Assembly: GCA_029263395.1 (NCBI GenBank)
Contig: JAJCXO010000206.1
Location: forward strand, 690 to 64,689
Direction of reading: 5' to 3'
DNA: 64,000 nucleotides
Origin: Acidobacteriota bacterium
GTDB taxonomy: Bacteria > Acidobacteriota > Thermoanaerobaculia > Multivoradales > J023
The notes below the pieces were generated by a model. That model had not been told where the DNA came from. It saw only the letters and a program-made list of their open reading frames with translations, and did no database searches. Position 1 is the stretch's first letter; the number at the start of each line of letters is the position of its first letter. The translations under genes were made by a program, and so were the position numbers. Shown here one piece after another: positions 1 to 8,740 of the stretch.

Positions 1-719
1 GGGATATCGCCAAAGAAGTGCTCAACTCTGGACAGCGCGTGGTCGTAGTCGATATCACCTGCCAGAGTCAGTACAGCGTTCGACGGCACATAAAATGTGC
101 CAAAAAAATCCCGCACGTCGGTGAGCGTTGCCGCGGTGAGATCCTCGACATACCCAATCACCGGCCAACGGTAGGGATGGCCCTCCTCGTACAACAGCTC
201 GTGAAGGCGTTCGAAGGCACGGCCGTAGGGCTGATTGTCCATCTTCTGCCGACGCTCGTTGATCACCACCTCACGTTGGTTGTCCATTTTCTCCTGGGTG
301 ATCGCCGGGAGGAAAAAGCCCATCCGATCAGACTCCAACCACAAGCCGAGATCGAGATGATGACTCGGCAACACCTCGAAGTAATTGGTACGGTCATACC
401 AGGTAGAACCGTTGGCGACCCCGCCAGCTTGTTGGATATACCGAAAGTGGTCATTGGTGCCGACATTCTCGCTGCCCTGAAACAGCAGATGCTCGAAGAG
501 ATGGGCGAATCCAGTGCGCCCAGGGCCTTCATTCTTCGAGCCGACGTGGTACCAGAGATTGACCGCAACCAACGGCAAGCTCGGATCGCGATGCAACACG
601 ACCTTCAAGCCGTTGGCAAGGCTGGTTCTCTGGAGATCGAAGCTGCCGTGCGACGCCTCTCGGACGTGCGACGCAGTAAGACGCTCGGCGGCATCTCGCG
701 GAGTAGGTAACGATGTCAT
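1..719 (-). CDS. M16 family (pitrilysin/insulinase-like) zinc peptidase, runs off the window edge
   Basis: Not in the ORF track. Manual minus-strand translation from ATG 719: MTSLPTPRD...LANGLKVVLHRDPSLPLVAVNLWYHVGSKNEGPGRTGFAHLFEHLLFQGS, with the inverted HxxEH zinc motif. Confidence 0.9.
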   Translation of the reverse strand, partial: MTSLPTPRDAAERLTASHVREASHGSFDLQRTSLANGLKVVLHRDPSLPLVAVNLWYHVGSKNEGPGRTGFAHLFEHLLFQGSENVGTNDHFRYIQQAGGVANGSTWYDRTNYFEVLPSHHLDLGLWLESDRMGFFLPAITQEKMDNQREVVINERRQKMDNQPYGRAFERLHELLYEEGHPYRWPVIGYVEDLTAATLTDVRDFFGTFYVPSNAVLTLAGDIDYDHALSRVEHFFGDI

Positions 720-860
720 CTGGCGCTAGGGCCCTGTCTCAAGATGGCTAAATGGCGAAGGTGGGATCTCTTGGGAGTGCCGAAGGGAGCTGGCCCGCCG
801 AACGAACGGAGAGATCGGCGAGTGTAGGAGTCTACGCCGGGAGTGTCAAGCAGAGAGCGC

Positions 861-889
861 TTGACTTACGCTCAATTGCCGCCTAAGAT
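861..889 (+). promoter_or_regulatory. sigma70-type promoter of lexA
   Basis: TTGACT-17 nt-TAAGAT ending 9 nt before the lexA ATG (899). Confidence 0.7.
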
Positions 890-898
890 ACGCTTGTC

Positions 899-1546
899 AT
901 GATCAACAGTACAGGCGGTCGACGCCAGCCCACCTACCTCACCGAACGACAGAAGACGATTCTGGAGTTCATCGCCGAGTACCAGCAACGCCATGGCATC
1001 TCGCCAACCCATCGCGAGATCCGTGATGAATTCGGTTACTCATCCTTCGGCACGGTGTATAAGCATCTGAAGCTGCTGCAAGAGAAGGGTTATCTACACC
1101 GCGATTGGAACCAGAAGCGTGGTCTCGAGCTGGTACGGGCGGTCCCTGGAGTCCAGGCTTCGACGGGCGCCGAGGTGCCATTTCTCGGCATGATCGCCGC
1201 CGGTCAACCGATCGAGGCATTGCCGGGGCGGGAGCAGCTAGCAGTACCACACCATCTTTTCGGAGGGCAGTCGGCTGACCATTATGTGCTGCGCGTTTCC
1301 GGCGAGTCGATGATCCAGGAAGGGATCTATGACGGTGACTTCGTCGTCGTCCTGAGACGCGAACGTGCCATGCCCGGTGAAATGGTTGTAGCGCTGGTCG
1401 GAGTCGAAGCGACCCTCAAGCGTTATTACCCAGAGGGTGAAATGATACGGTTGCAACCGGCCAATCCAGACATGGAGCCGATTCGCGTACCGGCGACGGA
1501 AGTCCAAGTCCAAGGCGTCGTTGTGGGTTTGATGCGGAAATACTAG
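899..1546 (+). CDS. lexA: SOS repressor LexA
   Basis: N-terminal wHTH (LTERQKTILEFI..SPTHREI), Ala-Gly cleavage site (IAAGQP), S24 Ser (GESM) and Lys (TLKR). Confidence 0.95.
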   Translation: MINSTGGRRQPTYLTERQKTILEFIAEYQQRHGISPTHREIRDEFGYSSFGTVYKHLKLLQEKGYLHRDWNQKRGLELVRAVPGVQASTGAEVPFLGMIAAGQPIEALPGREQLAVPHHLFGGQSADHYVLRVSGESMIQEGIYDGDFVVVLRRERAMPGEMVVALVGVEATLKRYYPEGEMIRLQPANPDMEPIRVPATEVQVQGVVVGLMRKY

Positions 1547-1708
1547 GGCCTGAAGTAATTCAGCAGTATCTAGTTCTGAGCGAGCTCGGCGATGCGAGAT
1601 GAGATGAACCCCCTCTATCTCCCTTCGCCCCTCTGCTAAACTCTCCAGCCTTGACGATGAACGACCTGGATTCGGGTCGTTCAAGCATGGTTCGGAGAAA
1701 AAGCGCGC

Positions 1709-3133
1709 ATGGATCTCGATCAGTTACTGACCATCATGACGAAGCAGGGGGCGTCGGATCTCCATATCAAGCCGACCCGCCCCCCACTGCTACGCTTGAA
1801 CGGCAAACTTTTGCCGCTCAAGACCGACCCTCTGAGGCTCGAAGAAATCGGCGAGATGGTCGACAAGATCCTCACGCCGCCGCAGAAGCGCAAGCTGGAA
1901 GAGCAGATGTCGGTCGACCTCGGTTATGGCGTGCCTGGTGTTGCCCGGTTCCGTGGCAACATCTTTATGCAGCGTGGCAATCTTGCAGCTTGTTTTCGTC
2001 GCATTCCGTTTCAGATTCAAGCGATCGAAGAACTCGACCTGCCGCCCGTGCTGCTCGACTTCTGCAAAATGCCGATGGGACTGGTCCTCGTAACGGGACC
2101 CACCGGCAGTGGTAAGTCGACGACGCTGGCAGCGATCATCAAATACATAGCGGCCACCCGACCGGTGCACGTCATCACCATCGAAGATCCGATGGAATTC
2201 CTGTTCTCCGACAACATGGCCTCGATCTCTCAACGCGAACTCGGCACCGATACAATCGGCTTCGGCGCCGCATTGACCAATGCGATGCGCCAGGATCCTG
2301 ACGTCATCATGGTTGGAGAGATGCGCGACCCGGACACCATTGGTACGGTAATCACAGCGGCCGAGACCGGGCACCTGGTTTTCTCGACCCTGCACACCAA
2401 TAGTGCCACCCAAACCATCGACCGGATTCTCGATTCCTTCCCGGTTGATCAGCAAGGGCAGGTCCGCGCTCAGCTCGCTCAAGTACTCAAGGCGGTGGTA
2501 TCGATGAAACTCGTGGCTCGGCGAGATGGCAAGGGTCGTGTCGCGGCACTCGAGATCATGCGGAACTCGCCCAAGATCGCCAAGCTCATCGAGAAGGGGC
2601 AGACGTCCGAGCTACACGAAGAGCTCGAGTCATCGGTGGGTTATTACCGCATGCAAAGCATGAATCACTCGCTGTTGGCGCTTTTGGTGCACAACGAAAT
2701 CAACTACAAAGAGGCGATGGAACAATCGCCGGATCCGGAAGATCTATCCCTCAAGCTACGGAAGATGTTCCCCAATCTGGAAACCCAAGGAGGCGAGATG
2801 TCGACTTCGGACTTTGCCGAGATCCAGGAACTGCAACAGTTCCGGAAGCTCTACGAGGAGCAGGAGATCAAGATCCAGGAGCGCCTGGCGGAAAAGGACG
2901 AACAAATGTCCCATCTGCAAGGGACGATCGATGATCGCGACCGCGAGCTCCGCGAGTTCCACGACCGCACCGATGAAATGAAGCAAGAGGTCGAGCGCAT
3001 GCGAGGCGAATACTCCCGTCTCCGCGATGAAGCGCAGCAAAAGATCGAGAAACTCACCAATCGAATCCGTGAGCTCAATCAGCGCTTGGCCGGCGGCGGT
3101 GCGGACCCCAAGAAATCAGGAATCTTCCGTTAG
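1709..3133 (+). CDS. pilT: PilT/PilU family type IV pilus ATPase with C-terminal coiled-coil extension
   Basis: GASDLH, Walker A GPTGSGKSTT, TIEDPME, RQDPDVIMVGEMRD, AAETGHLVFSTLH; about 110 extra charged helical residues at the C-terminus. Confidence 0.88.
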   Translation: MDLDQLLTIMTKQGASDLHIKPTRPPLLRLNGKLLPLKTDPLRLEEIGEMVDKILTPPQKRKLEEQMSVDLGYGVPGVARFRGNIFMQRGNLAACFRRIPFQIQAIEELDLPPVLLDFCKMPMGLVLVTGPTGSGKSTTLAAIIKYIAATRPVHVITIEDPMEFLFSDNMASISQRELGTDTIGFGAALTNAMRQDPDVIMVGEMRDPDTIGTVITAAETGHLVFSTLHTNSATQTIDRILDSFPVDQQGQVRAQLAQVLKAVVSMKLVARRDGKGRVAALEIMRNSPKIAKLIEKGQTSELHEELESSVGYYRMQSMNHSLLALLVHNEINYKEAMEQSPDPEDLSLKLRKMFPNLETQGGEMSTSDFAEIQELQQFRKLYEEQEIKIQERLAEKDEQMSHLQGTIDDRDRELREFHDRTDEMKQEVERMRGEYSRLRDEAQQKIEKLTNRIRELNQRLAGGGADPKKSGIFR

Positions 3134-3170
3134 TCTGCAATTGGCTAGCGTGCCTCCTCGCAGCGACTCC

Positions 3171-3251
3171 ATGACTTTAAGCCGTGAAGATGTGCAGTGG
3201 ATCGCCGCCTTGGCTTGGCTCGACTTGACGGCGGCAGAACGCTGGAATTGA
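3171..3251 (+). pseudogene. GatC-like N-terminal fragment (26 codons)
   Basis: MTLSREDVQWIAALAWLDLTAAER resembles the GatC N-terminus (M-x-x-REDV-x-x-IA-x-LA-R-L-x-L), then stops. Confidence 0.5.
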
Positions 3252-3255
3252 CCGC

Positions 3256-4989
3256 ATGAGAATCCTCCAACCAACTGGACTCTCATCTCGACTGCTGGTT
3301 GTCCTGATGGGTTTGGCCCTGGCCTTCGGTCACAGCTTACCTTTGCGGGCAGCCACTTCACGAGCATCGGTTGGCAACGGTATCGTTGCTGCTTTGACTG
3401 ATGATCAACAGATCTTTCTCGAAGCACCACCGCTACGAGGCGAAGGATTACACGCCTATGCCCGACGGCTGACCAACAGCGGCGACGCCTCAAACGTCAC
3501 CCGTCTCGATGGCAAGCGGCCGCGGAGGCTGCTGGCTGGTATTCGATATCGCGTCCCCTACGAAGCTTTGAGTAGTCGATACCAGCTCGCCGCTGTTCAG
3601 GCACTCTTTCCTGAAGACCGGAAACTCACTGTCGGCTGGCAGCACACCGTGAAAAGACCCGTGAGCTTATGGCAGCTCGCCGAGTGGCTGACCGGAGACG
3701 GAGCAAACTTCGTTGCAATCCGCGAACACAACAACCTCAGCGACGAAGTGCTCTCCTCTGGAAAGATCTTGATCATTCCGAGAGACCTGCTCTTGTCGCC
3801 ATTCCGCGCCGCGTTGCCCGAGGCTTCGACTGCACACAATCTAGGCTATATCGAAGATGAGGCCGGAAGTTTCGCGGTGTATCGGCTAAAAAGGGGTGAG
3901 GCCTTGTATTCGGCGGTCGTGGTGCAATTCACCGGCGGCACCTTCGCCGACGATGTCAACGCCCTGGCAGCCGAGTTGGCTGACCTCAACGGTATCCGCG
4001 ATGTCACCAACATGCCGGTTGGTCAGCGGGTTCGGATCCCCTTCGATCTGTTGCTTCCCGAGTTCCTGCCCACCACCCATCCGCGACGAGTGGAATACGA
4101 AAAAGATCGCTCAGAGCGTGAAAAGTACTCCAACACGGTCCAAGCCAAGAGCCTCGAGGGCATTACCGTCTTATTGGATGCTGGCCATGGAGGACAAGAC
4201 CCGGGGACGATCGTCAACGGTACCTGGGAGAGCGTTTACGTCTACGACATCACGCTACGGGTCAAGAAGCTGCTCCAAGATACGACGGCGGCCAAGGTCT
4301 TCACTACGACCCAGGACGGCTCGAACTTCGACATCCATGACGCCGACATCCTACCGCGTTCGCGCAGCCACTCGGTCCTGACCACACCACCTTACGCTAT
4401 TGCAGACGCCAAAGTCGCCGCCAATCTTCGCTGGTACCTCGCCAATAGCCAGCATCGATCCGCGGTGGCACAATCCCGCAATGCCGCCAAGACGGTCTTC
4501 CTGTCGATACACGCCGACTCACTGCCGCGATCACATCGCGGCGCGATGATCTACATTCCTGCTGCCAGCCTGACCCGCGGCCGCTACGGCAAAACCGGCA
4601 CGGTTTACTCATCACGGCGCGAAGTCAAACAAAAACCCACTGTCGAGTATAGCTGGCAGGAACGGACTCGATCGGAAGGTTTGTCACGTCAACTGGCTCA
4701 GAACCTTTTACAGAGCTTGCAAAAACACAATCTCGCGATACATCGAGAAAAGCCGATTCGTGACCGGATCATTCGCTGCCGAGGATGCCGACCCTGGGTG
4801 CCCGCAGTCGTTCGCTATAACGCCGTGCCGCCCAAGCTTTTGTTGGAGGTTTGCAACCTCAACAACCCCGAAGATCGACGCTTGATTCGGACACGCAGAT
4901 TTCGTCAGCGAATGGCCGAAGCCATTGTCGACGGTATCCTCTCCTACTACGGACAAAGCAACAGCTCGACGCAGAAGGTTGCCCGCTAG
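3256..4989 (+). CDS. Exported N-acetylmuramoyl-L-alanine amidase (Amidase_3) with LysM-like N-terminal repeats
   Basis: Signal peptide; LysM-like segments (HTVK..SLWQLA...ILIIP; YRLKRGEALY...LNGI...VGQRVRIP); LDAGHGG, SIHAD, LLEVCN catalytic motifs. Confidence 0.85.
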   Translation: MRILQPTGLSSRLLVVLMGLALAFGHSLPLRAATSRASVGNGIVAALTDDQQIFLEAPPLRGEGLHAYARRLTNSGDASNVTRLDGKRPRRLLAGIRYRVPYEALSSRYQLAAVQALFPEDRKLTVGWQHTVKRPVSLWQLAEWLTGDGANFVAIREHNNLSDEVLSSGKILIIPRDLLLSPFRAALPEASTAHNLGYIEDEAGSFAVYRLKRGEALYSAVVVQFTGGTFADDVNALAAELADLNGIRDVTNMPVGQRVRIPFDLLLPEFLPTTHPRRVEYEKDRSEREKYSNTVQAKSLEGITVLLDAGHGGQDPGTIVNGTWESVYVYDITLRVKKLLQDTTAAKVFTTTQDGSNFDIHDADILPRSRSHSVLTTPPYAIADAKVAANLRWYLANSQHRSAVAQSRNAAKTVFLSIHADSLPRSHRGAMIYIPAASLTRGRYGKTGTVYSSRREVKQKPTVEYSWQERTRSEGLSRQLAQNLLQSLQKHNLAIHREKPIRDRIIRCRGCRPWVPAVVRYNAVPPKLLLEVCNLNNPEDRRLIRTRRFRQRMAEAIVDGILSYYGQSNSSTQKVAR

Positions 4990-5007
4990 GCACCTTACAC
5001 AATCCAA

Positions 5008-5043
5008 GTAGGGTCGGAGCTTTCTGTACCCTCCGAACCCTAC
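5008..5043 (+). terminator. Hairpin after the amidase gene
   Basis: GTAGGGTCGGAG...CTCCGAACCCTAC imperfect inverted repeat. Confidence 0.45.
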
Positions 5044-5206
5044 CGTCTCAATCAAGGGTAGAGTCTTGAGGATTGGGCAGAGTCTCAAATTTGGATAGAG
5101 TTGGAACCGAAACATGTTGCAAAGGGTCTAATTGATTCGAGCCACTTACTAGCCGGGGTGGCGACAACCAAAAACCACCGATCCGGAGGATCTTTTGGCG
5201 GCGATT

Positions 5207-5791
5207 ATGGCGGCAACCTCAGCGGCAACATCATTGAGTTCAAATCCCGACCTCGACCTGGCCACGCGGCATCGTTACGGCGATCCAAAGGCTTTTGAGG
5301 AAGTCTACAGCCGCTACGCACAGATGATCTTCAATCTCGCCTATCGAATGTCGGGAAAACCCGAAGAGGCAGAGGACTTGACCCAGGAGATCTTCCTTCG
5401 CATCCACCGCCATTTGGCCCGATTCAACGGCCGTTCCGCCCTAAAGACATGGGTCTACCGAGTCACCCTGAATCACTGCCGTAGCAAGCTAGGGCGACGT
5501 CACTATCCAACCCAACCCCTCGCTGATGAGAATGACGGTGAAGGCGTCAATCTGGTTGACGAGAGTCGAGACCCCGAAGACCTCGCCCTCGCTCGGGACG
5601 CCAGCCGCCAGATCAGTTTGGCGTTGCGACAGGTCAAACCGGTTTTTCGCGAGGCAGTCGTCCTGCGTGATCTCCAAGGGTTGAGCTACGATGAAATCGC
5701 CGAGATCCTAGAAGTGCGGGTTGGTACGGTACGATCCCGTATCGCCCGCGGCCGTGACCGCCTCCGGGTCGTTCTGGAGAAATCCTCATGA
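5207..5791 (+). CDS. ECF RNA polymerase sigma factor (SigW/RpoE-like)
   Basis: AEDLTQEIFLR, SALKTWVYRVTLN, LSYDEIAEIL..GTVRSRIARGR; start could be 5195. Confidence 0.9.
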   Translation: MAATSAATSLSSNPDLDLATRHRYGDPKAFEEVYSRYAQMIFNLAYRMSGKPEEAEDLTQEIFLRIHRHLARFNGRSALKTWVYRVTLNHCRSKLGRRHYPTQPLADENDGEGVNLVDESRDPEDLALARDASRQISLALRQVKPVFREAVVLRDLQGLSYDEIAEILEVRVGTVRSRIARGRDRLRVVLEKSS

Positions 5792-6435
5792 CCTCCCACG
5801 CATCGGCAGAAATGCTCTCCGCCTATCTCGACCAACAACTCGTGGCGCGAGAGGCTCGCGAACTCGAGGAACATCTCGAGACATGTTCGCAATGCCACGT
5901 TCGCCTCGAAGGCCTTCGTAAGGTTATCGACAACCTGCGCAGTATCCATGAGCTGTCTCCACCCTCGACGCTGCAACAGGCCGTGGTGCGGCGGATCGCC
6001 TTGACCGACGAACCGCCCGGATTGCTCGACCGCTTCGAGCAAGGGCTATCACTCCTCAATCGGCAGAATCCGATTCTTGCCATGTTCGGGGTGGTGATCG
6101 CCCTGGTGCTTTTCATCTACTTGTTTTCCTACAACCTGAAACTGCACGAGAATCAGAACAGCACCATTCCGGTAATTTTTCAAGATCCCCCGGCCGCCAT
6201 CGCCGACATCGCTGCTGGCACCCGACTAGTGGTCGCTGACCGTTCATTGGTCTGGAGTGCCGAGGGTTATTGGCTCGAAGAGGGCATTGATGTGGGAGCG
6301 GTCAGCCACAGCCTCGAGATCGACTCTAGTGCTGGCAGTGAGCTGTTGGCTGCCCACCCCAAGCTTGCCGAAGTGGCGGCGCTCGGCAGAGCTGCGGTGA
6401 TCAACATCGAAGGCGATGTTATCCGCCTAGAGTGA
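5788..6435 (+). CDS. zf-HC2 transmembrane anti-sigma factor
   Basis: LSAYLD...HLETCSQC (HxxxCxxC), one TM helix, ATGA overlap with the sigma gene. Confidence 0.85.
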   Translation: MTSHASAEMLSAYLDQQLVAREARELEEHLETCSQCHVRLEGLRKVIDNLRSIHELSPPSTLQQAVVRRIALTDEPPGLLDRFEQGLSLLNRQNPILAMFGVVIALVLFIYLFSYNLKLHENQNSTIPVIFQDPPAAIADIAAGTRLVVADRSLVWSAEGYWLEEGIDVGAVSHSLEIDSSAGSELLAAHPKLAEVAALGRAAVINIEGDVIRLE

Positions 6436-6583
6436 TCGCCTGACAGGCCACGCTAGAAACCCACGGACCGGTCCTTTACGACCAGACCGGGTTAATCGAT
6501 TTATCACTACACGGCCTCAGGTGTGGTAGAACTCGCTGACGCCAATCCAAGGCAGCGAAGAACACCTGAGAGGACCGGTCCAG

Positions 6584-8740
6584 ATGCACAGCCCTATCCA
6601 GCCTCAGATTCCGACACACCACGTGACGGAAATCGAAATGCCGCGCGAGTTCGAGCAGCTCTACTCCCTGGCCTACAACCTATGGTGGGTGTGGACGCCC
6701 GAAGCCCGCGAGCTGTTTTCGGCAATCGACAGTGCCAAGTGGGGTCTGTATCGGAACCCCGTCCAGCTGCTGATCAACGTCGACCCCAAACGATGGTATC
6801 CGCTGCTCGAGAACGAAGCGTTCCTATCGAAGTACCACAAGGTCATGCGTGCCTTTGACGACTACATGCAGCCCGAAAACGGCACTTGGTTCCAGAACAA
6901 CCATCCCGAGGCCGCCAGCGACACTATCGCCTACTTCTCGATGGAGTATGGGCTCCATCAATCGCTGGCGCTCTACTCGGGAGGCCTCGGCGTCCTGTCG
7001 GGCGATCACTGCAAGGCGGCGAGCGATCTTGGCCTGCCCCTGGTCGCCATCGGCCTACTCTACCGCCAGGGTTATTTCCAACAGACTATCGACGCTGATG
7101 GTCTCCAGCAGCACACCTATCCAGAATACGATTTCACCCGGCTGCCGTTACGTCCAATCGCTTCCGCAACTGGCCGCGAGGTCACCATCCCGGTACCGTT
7201 ACCGGGCCGGGACGTCAAAGCCAAGCTGTGGCTAGCCCAGGTTGGGCGTGTCCCACTCATCCTGCTCGATACCGACATCCCCGAGAATGATCCCGCAGAT
7301 CGGCCCATCGCCAACCAGCTTTATGTCAGCGGCCGTGAGATGCGGCTTCTACAAGAGATCATGCTCGGTATCGGCGGCGTCAAGGCGCTGCGAGCTGTCG
7401 GCATTGAACCATCGGTGTGGCACCTCAACGAGGGCCACAGCGTTTTTCTGCAACTCGAGCGGCTACGGGAGTATCAAGCCAACGGCCTCGATCTCGGCCA
7501 GGCAAGACAGCGGATTCGTTCCAATGCCGTCTTCACGACCCACACTCCGGTCCCGGCGGGCAACGAGCAATTTGATTTCGGGCTAATCGACAAATACTTC
7601 CGTTCATGGTGTGACACCACCGGAACTCCCCTCGACGAGCTCCTGGACCTCGGCCGGGCGCATCACGGCGACGACTCCTTCAACCTCACCGCCCTGGCAA
7701 TCCGTACCACTCGCTGGGCGAACGGCGTCAGCAAACTCAACGCTGAGGTTGCAGGCCGGATGTGGCGTCATCTCTTCCCCGAAGGCAGCGCTGAACCGCC
7801 GATTCATGCCATCACCAACGGCGTCCACGCCCGAACTTGGCTCGGCCAGGAAACGCAAACGCTACTGAGATCGCGACTCGACCCCCACTGGGAGGCCATG
7901 CTCCTATCCGACGACGGCTGGGATCGCATAACCCAAATTCCGGATCACGAGTTATGGGCCAGTCACCAGGCCCAGAAGGACCGCCTCGGCCGATTCACAT
8001 CTTCGCGACTGCAAGAACAATACGCTCGCCATGGTGCGTCTCCTGACGAGCTACGTGCAGTTCCCGCACTGTTCGACCCTCGCGCTCTGACTATTGGTTT
8101 CGCCCGCCGATTCGCGACTTACAAGCGGGCCAAGCTAGTTTTCTCCGACGAACATCGATTAAGGGCTCTCCTGACTGACGAAGAACGGCCGGTGCAGATG
8201 ATTTTCGCCGGTAAAGCTCATCCCGCTGATCGCCCGGGGCAGGAACTCATTCAGCATATTTTCGAACTCAGTCGAAACGCAGGATTCTCCGGCAAGGTCT
8301 TCTTCTTGGAGAATTACGACATGCGCATGGGCCGCATGCTGGTGCAAGGTGTCGACGTCTGGCTCAACACACCACGACGGCCCCTCGAAGCCAGCGGCAC
8401 CAGCGGCCAGAAGGTTGCGATGAACGGTGGCCTGAATTTTTCGATCGCTGATGGCTGGTGGCCCGAAGGCTGGAATGGCGACAACGGCTGGGTGATCGGT
8501 TCTTCTCAGGCCGAACTCGATGACGACCACCAAGATGCGGCTGACGCAGGATCGCTCTACGAAATCCTAGAAACTCTGATCGTGCCAACCTACTACGAGC
8601 GCGATGACACCGGACTACCCCGGCGTTGGATCCGAATGATGAAAGCTTCGATCGCATCGCTGACCTCTAGCTTCTCTGCTAGCCGTATGGTCAGGGACTA
8701 CGCCGAGAACGCCTATCTGCCCGCGGCGGGGAAACATTGA
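6584..8740 (+). CDS. glgP: alpha-glucan (glycogen/maltodextrin) phosphorylase
   Basis: YFSMEYG, YSGGLGVLSGD, HLNEGH, GFARRFATYKR, EASGTSGQK PLP motif. Confidence 0.95.
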   Translation: MHSPIQPQIPTHHVTEIEMPREFEQLYSLAYNLWWVWTPEARELFSAIDSAKWGLYRNPVQLLINVDPKRWYPLLENEAFLSKYHKVMRAFDDYMQPENGTWFQNNHPEAASDTIAYFSMEYGLHQSLALYSGGLGVLSGDHCKAASDLGLPLVAIGLLYRQGYFQQTIDADGLQQHTYPEYDFTRLPLRPIASATGREVTIPVPLPGRDVKAKLWLAQVGRVPLILLDTDIPENDPADRPIANQLYVSGREMRLLQEIMLGIGGVKALRAVGIEPSVWHLNEGHSVFLQLERLREYQANGLDLGQARQRIRSNAVFTTHTPVPAGNEQFDFGLIDKYFRSWCDTTGTPLDELLDLGRAHHGDDSFNLTALAIRTTRWANGVSKLNAEVAGRMWRHLFPEGSAEPPIHAITNGVHARTWLGQETQTLLRSRLDPHWEAMLLSDDGWDRITQIPDHELWASHQAQKDRLGRFTSSRLQEQYARHGASPDELRAVPALFDPRALTIGFARRFATYKRAKLVFSDEHRLRALLTDEERPVQMIFAGKAHPADRPGQELIQHIFELSRNAGFSGKVFFLENYDMRMGRMLVQGVDVWLNTPRRPLEASGTSGQKVAMNGGLNFSIADGWWPEGWNGDNGWVIGSSQAELDDDHQDAADAGSLYEILETLIVPTYYERDDTGLPRRWIRMMKASIASLTSSFSASRMVRDYAENAYLPAAGKH

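Noticed and set aside
18-710. 230-aa plus-strand ORF in the track
   Set aside because: Antisense shadow of the minus-strand M16 peptidase, which carries the real HxxEH motif
720-898. LexA (SOS) box upstream of lexA
   Set aside because: GAACGAAC near 800 does not fit GTTC-N7-GTTC, GAAC-N4-GTTC or CTGT-N8-ACAG; no site can be supported
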